Notes under the pieces: generated by a model | Databases searched by the model: none | What the model saw: only the letters and a program-made list of their open reading frames with translations | What the model was told of the DNA's origin: nothing | Translations under genes and position numbers: made by a program | In this document: positions 39,445 to 54,039 of the stretch, one piece after another | Position numbering within the stretch: position 1 is the first letter of the stretch | Layout: each line of letters starts with the position of its first letter | NCBI GenBank assembly: GCA_964016885.1 | Contig: OZ024747.1 | Span: 65,534,001 to 65,598,000 of the forward strand | Direction of reading: 5' to 3' | From: Eledone cirrhosa | Lineage: Eukaryota | Length of the DNA stretch: 64,000 nucleotides

Positions 39445-41849
39445 AGCATTCATATTTAAGCAAAAAAGTGTTGGGAAAATTTGAGATTTCAAACATGCGC
39501 ATTACAACATAAATGAAATAACCACAATGATAGTTAATAAGTGACACTCTGTCGGTTACAACAATGAGTGTTCCAGTTAATACAATCAACAGAACAGCCT
39601 GCTCAAGAAATTAACGTGCAAGTAGCTAAGCATTCCACAAACATGCATACCCATAACGTAGTTCTCAGGGAGATTCAGCATAACACAGAATGTGACAAGG
39701 CTGGCTCTCTGAATTAAAGATACAACTCATTTTTGCCAGCTGGACTGGAGCAACATGAAATAAAGTGTCTTGCTCAAGGATACAGCGCACTGCCAGGAAT
39801 CGAACTCACAACCTTATCATCTCGAGCCAAAGAACCTAACCACAATGCCATGCACCTTCACAGGTTAATAACATTGTATAAAGTAATCTTATAGATGGAA
39901 ACAAGTGAACAGAGACACCTGTGAGGAACTGAACCCAACATCAGGTACCTCTGTCCATTTGTTTCCATCTCCAAGGGTACTTTATCTAATTTTCTCAACT
40001 ATTATTTATAGTGATCATTGGGATGCACTCATTTCATACTTAAATTAAAACCTCCTATCACAATTATATGTAAGAAGCTTTCCATTCAGTTATGTTTAAA
40101 ACACCAGTTTTAAAATGAAAAAGATGGTAATTCTAGTAAATCTTTCCAAATTCTTTATTTTCAAAATTGATTGAAATACACAAGTGCTGTATTTCATTAG
40201 AAACTTGTTCATATAAAGGTTAACATGGTTTTTTTTAAAGAAGCATGATGGTGTATTTAGTCTGACTGAGGTTACTGATAATGTATTGGCTTATAATATA
40301 ATTATCTTGCAATGAAATTACAGATGACTTTGTGATGTAAGTAAAGGTGATTAATATAATAGACACTGCTCTGTGTCAATGTAATGTTGAGGCTATGCAT
40401 GTGTGCATTGCCAGTGTTAATACAGAGAAGTATAAAAATTGATCTCATTAGTCGTATTATGGGAACCTGTCACAGCCAAAGACTATTGTCTCTCTACTTA
40501 ATTTTCTTTCAAAACATGCACTGCACAATTTCCATGGTGGAAGCAAATACCACAAATAAAATCGAATATATGACTTTGCATTTTATAAAGATGGAGCCCT
40601 CTCTCCTTTGTACATATGATATCAATCTAATTATTCCCTTCCACCCAAAATATGTGGTTTAGCCTAATATTCATGTATGTACAGATGCATAACTCCTGAT
40701 GGAGTCATAAGGTTGTTGTTATGCCAGTGTGTTTGGGGCATTTAAAACCTGGTAGAGCCTATCCTTCTCCAAGTTTGAACACAGCTAGTTTCTTCCAGAG
40801 AAAGGAGGGGAGAATGAGAAAGAGGATGTTAAAAAGAGAAAGTAAGAACTGCCCCTAGTACTAGACTGGTACTTTATCGACAATGCAAGGATTAAAAGTA
40901 AAGTTGACCTCAACAAGACTTGATCTCAGAGTACGGATAGCCAGAAGGAATACCACAAAGCATTCTATTCAACATCCTAATAACTGCCAATTCATTGCAA
41001 TTTCTTAGCAATGTTAGATATGAGATGTCACCATAAGACCCCAAATACTGAACACAGTAAAGGTCCAGCTTGTTAACCAGGGGAATATTTGTCTCTAATG
41101 AATTTAATATGGAAAACAAAGATTTAGTTTAACTTTTAAGCATGATCCTGGTCAGCCAATAAAAGACAATCCATTTCTCAATTACAAACCAGTTGCCTTC
41201 TCCTCCCCATCAAATCCCTCAGTCAGCCTGGCTTCAGTTCTAAATATGGGCATGTGACCTTTGATATTGTTATGGTTTACAGCTGCATAGAATTAGCTGA
41301 TGTCTTATGAAGCTATATCTCAGAGGAGGTTTCTTGGTTTCTTTAATGATAAGGACATGTCACTCTACCACAGTCTAATTTCACACCACACCTGTATGAG
41401 GTAAAGAATGTTGTTGTTATTGTCATTGTTGTTAACCTCCTGGTCAGACTAACTGAACATACCTTTGGCCAAAACTGTGCCAGACATTGACCATCCTATC
41501 TTTCATTCAGACACAGTATATCCAGCATCACATTATGAAGTTGTGATTTGTAGGACATTTGACTGCTATTTCTAGTAGAACAAATAACAGTACTGAGTAT
41601 ACCTCATTGACCTTCTTTAGTAAACTCTCCAGAAACAACTAATAAACTACTACAGTCCATTAGTTTAATTAGAAATATCATTATGACACAATTTCTAATA
41701 TTTCTATCAGAAATTTAACAATTATTTCAAATGCAACAATTAAGACTTTGAATACAGAATCAAATAGCTCTCATAAGCAATTGGAACCAATTAGAACAAT
41801 ATAGCAATAATAAGCAGTTAAAACCAACTAACAATCAGAACCAGATATC

Positions 41850-42210
41850 TATCATAAACAATCAGGACTAGTATCTATCATAACTAATCAAGACTAGATA
41901 GTAATTAAAACTAATGGTAGTTAGATACTAATTAGAACCAATGGCAGTTAGTAATTAGAACTAATGAGGACTAGATAGTAATTAGAACTAATGAGGACTA
42001 GAGAGTAATTAGAACTAATGAGGATAAGATAGTAATTACAACCAATGGGAGTTAGATAGTAATTAGAACTAATCCGAGCTAGATAATAATTACAACTAAT
42101 TGTAGTTAGATACCAATCAAGACTAGATAATAATTACAACTAATTGTAGTTAGATACCAATCAGGACTAGATAGTAATTACAACCAGCTATCAGAACTAA
42201 TCAGAACCAT
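41850..42210. repeat. Degenerate ~27-bp tandem repeat (CTAGATAGTAATTAGAACTAATGAGGA)
   Basis: Direct inspection. Confidence 0.75.
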
Positions 42211-42624
42211 TTTAAAGAGTTCAGTTGTAAAATTAGCAATAAGCAATCATTTCTTTAACGAAATGAGAAATATTATTTCATCGATCTGCAACAAATCAAT
42301 TCCTAGATTGCCAAAGGCCAAGGTTTTCCTTTTAAATTTTTTTTGTCAGTTTTTATTTTTTTCTTCAATGTAAAATTTCAAATTGCTAAAATAATTGAGG
42401 AATGTTTTATAAACATGTATGTATACAAGGGGAGTGTTATTTTAAATTGTAATTCAAATATGAACTAAAATTAAATAAATGTCACAAAATATAAAACATA
42501 TCCGTTGATATAAAGTTGGAATTTTATTTTTTTTTATTTTATTTCAGCACAAATTTCAATTCAACCCTCCACTAATTGATTTACATACACACACACACAC
42601 ATGCACACACACATGCACGCATGC

Positions 42625-42664
<40 letters not shown>

Positions 42665-42997
42665 CTTAGGCCATTGGTTGTCTTGTAAATGACCACTCTG
42701 AAAGATTAGCTGTTGTCAACATAGTTTTCCATCCTAATTTTATATAAGAATCTTTGTTAACCCTTTCATTACCAGATTTCCAATGAAAAATGTTTCCTAT
42801 GATTTTCAAATACTTTTTAAAATAATCAAGAATATTTTTGCATACACAAAAACAAAATATAAACAAACGTATTTATTTCACGAAAGCTCAGACGGCTTAT
42901 CGTCATTGTTATTGCTGATATGCCACCCAAAAAGTCCCAGCCTGGCCACAAGATCAGATTTTCCAGAAGAAAAAATGTTACTAGAGCAACAGAGATA

Positions 42998-43496
42998 CTA
43001 AGCTTCGCAATTACCATTAACAAAGCTCAGGGTCAAACCCTAAAGGTGGCTGGCCTTCATCTGGGAAAACATGCTTCCCCCATGGTCAATTGTATGTAGG
43101 ATGCTCTAGGGTGAGCTTGCCAAACAATCTCTTCATCTTTGCTCCCAAGGGTCGAACAAAAAATATTGTATACTCTGAGGCTCTAAGAATGTAATTTATG
43201 TATTTTCTGTTACTTGGAATTTCCATTATGGTTGTACAAATTATTGTAAAGTTTGTTAAAAAATTTGTTCTCTGTTCAGCCTTTATTGTTGTAACTATCA
43301 ATTTTCTTTAACGTGCTGGCTGCTGAACTGGGGAATCCTAAAAACTATTCAAACCCAACATCAGAGCACGTTAACCCCCCCCCCCCCTTGCTGACTTGAG
43401 AGGGTGTGTGGTATCTTTGCACTGGAGTGGAGGGGGGGAAATCCTGAAAAGATAAAATGTCGGTATACCTAGCCAGGCCCCAGCTGGACGGGCCAG

Positions 43497-43497
<1 letters not shown>
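42998..43497 (+). mobile_element. Helitron remnant: PIF1-like helicase C-terminus (42998-43194) plus 3' region
   Basis: LSFAITINKAQGQTLKVAGLHL-(frameshift)-HGQLYVGCSRV...TKNIVYSEAL*; a short GC hairpin near 43476-43494. Confidence 0.85.
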
Positions 43498-43527
<30 letters not shown>

Positions 43528-43672
43528 ATACTTTGGGAGGGTCATGTTGCCAATAAGAAACACACGCACCAGTTGCTTTCACTTCAATTTATTATAATAA
43601 ATTTATAATAAATTTATAAATTTCTGGTTGGTTGGTTGGTTGGTTCCACAACCAGATAGTTGTTTATATATT

Positions 43673-43715
43673 GTCATAGTTCTTTCGTCACACACTCTGT
43701 GACCTCTTCAGTGAC
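43673..43715 (-). ncRNA. Minimal type I hammerhead motif (left arm; sense to the CFAP65 pre-mRNA)
   Basis: Exact reverse complement of 43953-43995. Confidence 0.6.
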
Positions 43716-43952
43716 TGGGGATTCCTTTCTTTGTTTCTGTGCACAAACACAAAAAACACAAAAAACACACACACACACAGAACAAACAACCAACCAGTAA
43801 CATGTAAATAAACAAATAAATAAATGAACATAAACACACACAGACACCCGGATGTGCCGCATGCGCAGACTGAACACACAACACACACACAGAAACAAAA
43901 TGGCGTAGGACAGAACAAAGGAGAGGCACAGAAACAAAGAAAGGAATCCCCA

Positions 43953-43995
43953 GTCACTGAAGAGGTCACAGAGTGTGTGACGAAAGAACTATGAC
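43953..43995 (+). ncRNA. Minimal type I hammerhead motif (right arm)
   Basis: GTCA CTGAAGA g GTCACA gagtg TGTGAC GAAA GaaC TA TGAC. Confidence 0.6.
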
Positions 43996-44198
43996 AATAT
44001 ATAAACAACTATCTGGTTGTGGAACCAACCAACCAACCAGAAATTTATAAATTTATTATAAATTTATTATAATAAATTGAAGTGAAAGCAACTGGTGCGT
44101 GTGTTTCTTATTGGCAACATGACCCTCCCAAAGTATAACAATATCGGTTTCAACACACGATTTCAGATAAAGAATCTTGCTAAACAAATTCAGAAACG

Positions 44199-44241
<43 letters not shown>

Positions 44242-45104
44242 CACAACCATATATACATCACACAAACATAGATGTATACACTATATATACACTATGCAAG
44301 CAGGGAAAAGCAGACGTAAAATGATGATGATGATATATATATATATATATCCAAGAGAAAGAGATAACTAAATACTGAAAGTCATTTATCCTAATATTCT
44401 AGCATTTCTGTTTTCTTTTTATAATTCATAATTCAATATATAAATGTGTGTGTGTGTATACATGTATGTATATGGGTGTGTATATATGTGTGTGTGTGTG
44501 TGTGTGTACTTGTATGTATATGGGTGTGTATGTATGTATGCATATGTATGCATATGTGTATATATATATATATATAGTTATTCCATTACTGAGTCATCCA
44601 GAAAATGCAACATTTGACATACATTTCTTCAGCAGAAAAATATATATTTATTACCATTTTTTCTATTCTGATAACAATGAGGCATTGCTGTAGGGTTAAA
44701 AAGGTTACTCCTCAAACCTTGGATAAGTGTTTTTTTTACTATAGGGTAAAGACCCCCATTGGTCAGGAATGACCATGGGATTTGCAGCTAAAAATTTCCC
44801 CTCCAAAGCATAATTCTGGACAAGGTTGTTTGTGGAAGACCAGCCACCGATGTTGTCCAGAGGAAAGGCAATGGTCGATACAGCTTGGCGCCAGTGGCAT
44901 TGCAACTCATTTCTGCAGCTGAGTGAACTGGAGCAACTTGAAATAAAGTGACTTGCTTAAGGACACAACACATCACCCGGTCCAAGAATCGAACTCACAG
45001 CTTCACAAATGTAAGCCCCCGCGCTCTAACCACTAAGCCATGTGCCTTCACTTTTTTTACTATTGCTTTGACTTAACCAATGCCTTGTGAAATGGTGCAT
45101 ATAT

Positions 45105-45482
45105 ATGAAATGAAGCAACCATGCTCCGTTGGATATGCAATGTAAGTATGAGAGAGAGGCAGACCTTGGATGAATTGAAGGAGAAGCTGGGTTTAAGAAC
45201 AATGGAGGTGGTATGCAGGAGAGAAGACTGTGTTGGTTTGGACATGTGATGTGCATGGACAATAATTGTTGGGTGAAGAAGTGCCAGGAAATGCCAGTGG
45301 AAGGAAGTCGTGGTAGAGGTGGACCAAGAAAGACCTGGGCAGAGGTGGTGAGATCAGATCTCAGGTCACTGAAATTCACAGAGGTGATGACAAAAGATCG
45401 TAACATGTGGAGAGATGCCATGCTGAAAAGAACTCCTCCAGCCCATGCAAGCGTGGAAAAATGGACATTAAAACAACAATGA
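45105..45482 (+). mobile_element. RTE LINE 3' fragment (divergent subfamily)
   Basis: QERRLCWFGHVM...GRGGPRKTWAEVV; RTE-type terminal CCCATGCAAGCGTGGAAAAATGGACATTAAA. Confidence 0.88.
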
Positions 45483-45863
45483 TATACAGGTAAAGAGTAA
45501 AAATAGAAAAGCAAACACAAGGTAAAAAGTAAAAATCGAGAAGCAAGATAGAATATATATTTATATATTTGTTACTTTAAATGAATTTGAGCTTTATCAA
45601 ATATTATCAGTTTCTATTAGTTGTGTCAATCTAATCAAATAATAACTTATATCAAAAATTAAATTAATCATCATTAATAAAATTGATACAACCAATCAAA
45701 ACCAAAAGTAATTGATAAAACTTAAATTCGTTTAATGTAACAAATATAAAAATATGTATTCAGTTGGATTAAGGAAAAAAAAATCTTTAAATATACTTTT
45801 GTTGCTTTTCCGTTTTTACTTTGTATATTTGATTTGTATGGGACTTTACCTCCTTTTTTTAAC

Positions 45864-46775
<912 letters not shown>

Positions 46776-48247
46776 ATATATATATTATATATCATCATCA
46801 TCGTTTAATGTCCACTTCTCCATGCTGGCATGGGTTAGACGAGTTATATATGGTCAGGTGACCATATATATAACAATAAACAAAACACCCAGGAGATAAG
46901 ACCATTGAATGCCAAACTCGTAACTAATACTCCCATTAATACAAAGTCAATTACAAACTAAATGTCCATACTGGAACCAAGACATCAACCATTATTCCTA
47001 CTTCAGACATCATCCATATTTCCTGACTCCATACTCCATAAATCCAACCACCAACCTGCGCTAAATACCAGTATGGAGAAGACAGACTTTTTTTAAGTTG
47101 CAGCTGTTATATTATGCAGTTTCTATATAATAATTGTTTCTGATTTAGGCACAAAGCCAACAATCTTGGGGGAGGGGAAAGTTGATTAAATCGACCCCAG
47201 TGCATTACTGCTGGTTATTTTATCGTCTCTGTAAGGATGAAAGGCAAAGCTAACCTCAGCGGGATTGAACTCTATTCTGCAAAGAATGTTGTCCAACGCT
47301 CTATCGATAATAAACAATAAACAATATTATTATCTGCAGCTAATATGACCCCATTGCATAATAATCTACAACAACTAGACCCATTCCTGTGACTAACAGA
47401 TAAATTTATTTAAAAAGCGCTAGAGCGCGATCCCGTCTAACAAACCAAATCTCTACAATCACTGTTAACCCCAAACGAACCCACTCTGAACCATTTGAAA
47501 TTACAAATATTAATTATAGACATAAAACATAACCTACTTTAAAAAAACTTAATGTGAAAGTCAAATCCAGAAAAAAGTGTGAAAAGAAATAAAATTAAAG
47601 AAACTCAAATCTCATACATTTAACCAACAATGAAAAATCTCACAGTAAAAATTATTGAAGTTAACCTAAATAAATTATTAAATAATATGTCTAAATAACA
47701 AAATTACTAACAGAAAAAAAAGCATCCTGAAATAATTCAAATGACCTTTATAAGGTTATTGAAAAATTAATCCAGGTTTTTACGTCTTTATCTGTTTCAA
47801 TACTTTTAAGAAAGAAATCAGTTGCAGAGATTGTAAAATTATACCATTTTAAAACTTATTTCATGTCTTTTCCTGCTATGTAATTCCCTTTTGACATAAA
47901 TTGCATTTTCTTCAATTTTCAAATCTTATAAGTTAAAATTTCAAAACAAGAGTTTCACCAAATATATTTCCTATGAGTTTAAACTCAGCTACAGATCAGC
48001 ACAAATAGCTAGAAACATCAATGAAGTTTGAAGCCAAGAAAATGTTAACTCTTTAATATTACTCAATATTTGCTATTCTATTTTTTGCAGTAAAGGCTTT
48101 ATCTCACATAATCATCTCACATCATATCGAATCTATAAGATTTTGATATTTATCTTGAGAAGAATACCTTAACATCGGTATGAAGAGCCAGTTATGGCTG
48201 GTTTGAAGAGAAAGAGGTGAGAGAATTCTGGCAAATAAGGCCAAAGA

Positions 48248-48570
48248 AGTACTGTCACAAAATCAATGAAATGCATCAGAAATTGTAGTGTATGCATCTA
48301 GCATCGGTCAATAGAAAGGTCCAATCCTCAACCACACATCACACAACCAATACTCCAAGAGCTGAAAGAAGTAGGCTATAAAACTGCCTTGTCCAGCTTA
48401 CTCACTGAATCTTTTCAAGCATTTCCACAACTTCTTTAAAAGAGAAAGTTTTCAACAAATAGCCATAAAAAATGCCTTCAAAGAATTCATCACCTCCAGA
48501 ATTTCAGAATTCTATATTACCAGAATAAATAAATTTATAACTTGGCAACAATTTATAAATTCTAATGTCA
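48248..48570 (+). mobile_element. Decayed mariner (Tc1/mariner) transposase C-terminal fragment
   Basis: Frameshifted YCHKINEMHQKL...VNRKGPIL...PHITQPILQELKEVGY...PAYS...FKHFHNF...KNAFKEFITSR.SEFY...INK...WQ. Confidence 0.75.
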
Positions 48571-49045
48571 CAATTTCATGATACTGCCAACAAGGGTCGT
48601 TAGTTTCAACTGACCTCTGAAATGAGTCAGGGGTCCACATCTCACATACATGCATTCCTGCACTCTAACAAGTGTATTTTATCATGGTAGCAGCATTAGG
48701 AAGATGGTCATAAAGTCCTTCCAAACATTTTTTTATGCATATCAAATACTACATCATCCAGTGTATCCTTCAGATAGAACAGTGTGATCTTGGGGGTATT
48801 TGGCTACTATTTGTAGCAGGTCAAGTGACAATTTACAGGCATTCTCACTAAAGTATTAAAATACAAAAAAAATAGCCAAAGACATTCCTGGCAAAGGCTA
48901 AAACAAAACAAAAAAAAAGACAATATAGAAAAACAAAATCAAGAAAAACATAACAAAAGATCGAAGACAGAACAGTAAAAATGGCAGTCTGGATATTTGC
49001 CAAAGGTCCAAACATTAAGTTGACTAAATTTGAAGATATTGGCTA

Positions 49046-49081
<36 letters not shown>

Positions 49082-49287
49082 TATTACTGTTGTTATTATT
49101 ATTATTACTATTATTGTTATTGTTTTTAATGTTGTTTCAATGTAAACAGGAAGGAATTCGTTCATTGCTTCTTCAATATAACTTTGGCTGCGGGCCAGCT
49201 GACAGACATCATTGTATGAAGTGGAAAATCACTATATATTTAGTTTTCTATGTATAACATGTGTGCATATGCATCAATGTGTATCTA

Positions 49288-49339
<52 letters not shown>

Positions 49340-49659
49340 TGTATCTGTATATATGTGCATATCTGTATATGCATATATATATATATATGCATGTATATGC
49401 TTATGTTCATATAAATATGTGCATGCATGCATATATGGGTAAGGGGAAACAGACATTAAATGATGATGGTGATATAAGCATATATCTTCATATACGCTAT
49501 ATATGTGTGTGTGTTAATGATTTGAGTCAATAAACTGCAACCAAGCTGGAGCTCCACCTTCATTCAGATGATCATATGAAACCTAGTACCTATTTTTTTC
49601 AAGTCTGAAACTTATTTTATTGAATGTTTTATATTGAACTGTTAAGTTAAGAACATTCA

Positions 49660-50322
<663 letters not shown>

Positions 50323-51214
50323 AGCGGCGATGAATTAGTTTAGCGAGGTTTTTTATATGAAATCGTGTGTCAAAACAGATATATATATATAATATATATA
50401 TAATGGCTTTGTGGTTAGAGCCTTGCAATCGAAAGGTTGTGAGTTCAATTCTCAGACCGGGTGATGTGTTGTTTCTTTGAGCAAGACACTTTATTTCACA
50501 TTGTTCCAGTTTGCTCAGCTGTAGAAATGAGATGATAGGGACTGGGGTCCCTATCATTCCACTGCAAAGTGGTCGTGGTGGTGCCACGGCAAAAAAGCAC
50601 CCACCACTCACTGTAAATGAGGTTGGTGTTAGGAAGGGCATCCAGCTGTAGAAATCAAGCCAGAATCAGTTCCCGTCCTACCCTTGCATGCAAGGAAAAA
50701 GCGGACGTAAAATGATGATGATGATGATGATGATATATCCTAAGACCAAAGTGTTCCAGCCATGAGAATTCAACATTATACAATGTGTCCTTTCTTTTAA
50801 AATGAAATGCTATATTTTTTTAGGGAGATTCTCTCCTTCACATACATTCCAGTGTTTGATATGGTTACTATGGCTGGATGTTCTTCCTATCATCAACTAC
50901 ATAACAGATATTTTTCATCCAGCAAGTCTAACACTCCTTTCTCACCACCCTACATCGTCAGTTGAATCCTCCAGTTCCTTTACAGAGTGCACTGGGTGTA
51001 TTTTATTATTGTCACCAGTACTAGAGAGGTTGTCTTGTCTCCAGCATGTCTAAACAGCCCTCACTACCTTAATTCTTCTTCTTAGTCCCATAATTCCTGA
51101 GGAAGTTGTAGGGGTGCCATATTGACATATGGCATTCCTAGAGCACTTTTTAAACCTGGCGGAGCCCCTCTCCTCTCCAGGTCTGAATTCAGCAAATTTC
51201 GTCCAGTGAAGGAT

Positions 51215-51306
<92 letters not shown>

Positions 51307-53020
51307 AGAGAGAGAGAGGAAATGAGAAAGAGATATAGAAGAATAATCAACCCCCCCCCCCCCCCAGTAATATACTGGTACTTTTTTTTACTTGAGAGGC
51401 AAGGCAAAGTTGACCACGGCGGGATTTCAATTCAGAGGGCTGGATCAAATATCACAAAGTATTCTATCCAACGTTCTAACGACTCTGCCAATTACACTGT
51501 TTCCAATTAAATATGTAAGATGTTGTGTTGTTTTCTTGTTTGACTGTAGTGTTTAGGTCCCATATGTTTAGCAAGATAAAGTAAATGCTATTAGACAGGG
51601 ATGAAACCACATTGTATATCTAACATCATTGAAAACTTAACACTTGTTCAGCAACACTCACCACCTCATGATTATAACTGTATGTGAAGGAAATGATTTT
51701 ATCTGACAAAGAGTGGGTTTGTTTGTTTTTTATCCAATTAATTTGTATGGCAGATTATTATCATCAGTTCTGTCAAGACAAAGTACACTTCATTTCTTTC
51801 ACAAGTAGAAATATTATGTATCAAGTCGTGAAAAGGTGAGAGTTCACATCTTTTTCAATTTACACAATTATTTTCCCATCCATATATAACTACCAATAAG
51901 TTTTTATGTACAATCTTTTTATACAAGATGTCATAGTTGATATTTATTATTATTCTAAATATATTTGATAACATTAATACAATTACAATGACGAATGTAA
52001 GAGAGACATTGATTTATTTTTATGTTATGTTATGTTATGTTATGTTAGTGTGATGTGATGAATTGTGGCCTAATAGTTAGAGTGTTTGGCTCGTAAGGTC
52101 ATAGGTTCAATTCTCAGAGCAAATTGTGACTTTCAGCAAGGTACTTCATTTCCCATTGCTCCAGTTCACTGAGCTGAAAATGATCACCAGCAGCATCAGG
52201 AAAGGTTAACTTAGTGATATACTGACATCACACGCAGGGAGTATCTAGTACTCTCAATTTCTCAACACCAATGGAAACCAGGATGATATCTGGCCTGATG
52301 AACCCCGAGGATCAAGAAAGAACAAGATTTTTATAACAATGTTAGTAATATCAATAATTCTAAAATTCTTTAAAAAAAAAACTCCTTTATATTTGAATCT
52401 ACCATGGAGCGGTGGGAAAGGCATTAACAAAAATGATAAAGTAGGGTTGTTGTTTAGCCACCTGGCTGACCCTTTCTAGCAGGGAAATGGATGTGGAATG
52501 ATAATAATTGTTTCTACTTTTGGCACAAGGCCAGCAATTACCCAGCACATTACTGGTAGTTTATTTTATCAACCCCGTAAGGGTAAAAGGCAAAGTTAAC
52601 CTTGGTGGGATTTGAACTCAGAATGGCAAGAGCCGTAACTCTATGTGTCAAAGCAATGATGAGTGAGTCAACTATCCCAGCACAACATTAGTCATTGTGT
52701 CCATTGTAAGACAGTTTGGTAGTAATTTGAAGACACTTTAGCTGATACTTTACGTATACCAGTGGTTTATTTACATATAAACAGATTATTTGTAGTTAAA
52801 TAAAGGGCGGTGGATTGATAGTATTGGTAGAGCATTGGACACCACGCTTTGCAGCATATAGTTACATCTCTTCACGTTCTGAATTCAAATCCTGCTGAAG
52901 TTAGCTTTGCCTTTCATCCTTACGGGGTCAATAAATAAAGCACCAGTAATGCACTAAGGTCAATTTAATTAACTTTCCCCTCCCACCAAAATTGTTGGCC
53001 TTGTGCCTAAATCAAAAATC

Positions 53021-53260
53021 CTTATTTACAGTTAAATATATCACAATATTTTCCTCTCATATAAAACCCTATTATTTACAGTTAAATATACTACAATGGC
53101 ATATTTACATATAAACAGCTATTATTTACAGTTAAATATATTACAATGGTTTATTTACATATAAAACCCTATTATTTACAGTTAAATATACCACAGTGGT
53201 TTACTTACATTTAAACAGCTATTATTTACAGTTAAATATACCAAGTTGGTTTACTTACAT
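53021..53260. repeat. 50-bp tandem repeat (~5 copies) overlapping the exon D splice donor
   Basis: TTATTTACAGTTAAATATA recurs every 50 bp from ~53022 to 53222; an older copy at ~52765 is separated by a SINE A insertion. Confidence 0.85.
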
Positions 53261-53407
53261 AGCAGAGATTTTCCAAAGTGATAATTTTCTTCACAGTCTC
53301 ACCAATTGGAACAATTCCAAAATCAATGTTTGTTTGAATCCCTTCTGGATATTCCTCATAAGACACTCCCAAACTAGCAGCTAAGATCTTCAAGTGAGGA
53401 TATTTTC
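53259..53407 (-). CDS. CFAP65: CFAP65-like exon D (KYPHLKILAASLGVSYEEYPEGIQTNIDFGIVPIGETVKKIITLENLCY)
   Basis: tcttttgttaaAG / TAT|GTAAGT; 149 nt, phase 1 to 0. ASH-domain motif DFG.V..G......I.L.N. Confidence 0.92.
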
Positions 53408-53426
53408 CTTTAACAAAAGAAAAAGA

Positions 53427-53477
<51 letters not shown>

Positions 53478-53512
53478 TATACACACACATACACACACAT
53501 ACACACACCCAT

Positions 53513-53580
<68 letters not shown>

Positions 53581-53847
53581 ATGTATGTATATACAGAGAG
53601 AAAGAAGGTTATTGAGAAATGGTGGCATATTAAAATAGTATGCATAAATATAGTATCAGACAGACAGACAGACAGACACACACAAAGACAGAAACACACC
53701 CAGACAGGCAGACAGACATGGAGACAGACAGACAGACAGACAAGAAGAGACAGACAGAGTCAGACATGGACAGTCAGATAGTCAGAAACAGGCAGACTGA
53801 GACACACATACACAAAGATAGACAGACAAACAAACAGATGTACTTAC

Positions 53848-53932
53848 CTTGTGCATGTGCTTTTAAAATCTTCCATTTCTTCATGTCAGTTCCATATCTA
53901 CAGATCAGATCAGCCTCATATTTTCTGGCAGA
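53848..53932 (-). CDS. CFAP65: CFAP65-like exon C (SARKYEADLICRYGTDMKKWKILKAHAQ-G)
   Basis: gatcttctcAG / AAG|GTAAGT; 85 nt, phase 0 to 1. Matches recalled human TAVIYEVQATCWYG. Confidence 0.88.
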
Positions 53933-54039
53933 CTGAGAAGATCAACAATAAATTTAAATATATTTACATATTGAAATATTTCAAACAACTTCATTAGATA
54001 GTTAACAAGTAGTGATTAACAAACAGTAACTCTATAGTG

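Larger units (their letters stand above)
43520..44200. mobile_element. Penelope-like pLTR pair in inverted orientation (arms 43520-43742 and 43926-44144); related fragments at 50324-50380 and 58876-59070
   Basis: Arms identical except for one GGTT unit; 183-nt spacer; hammerhead motif in each arm. Confidence 0.75.
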
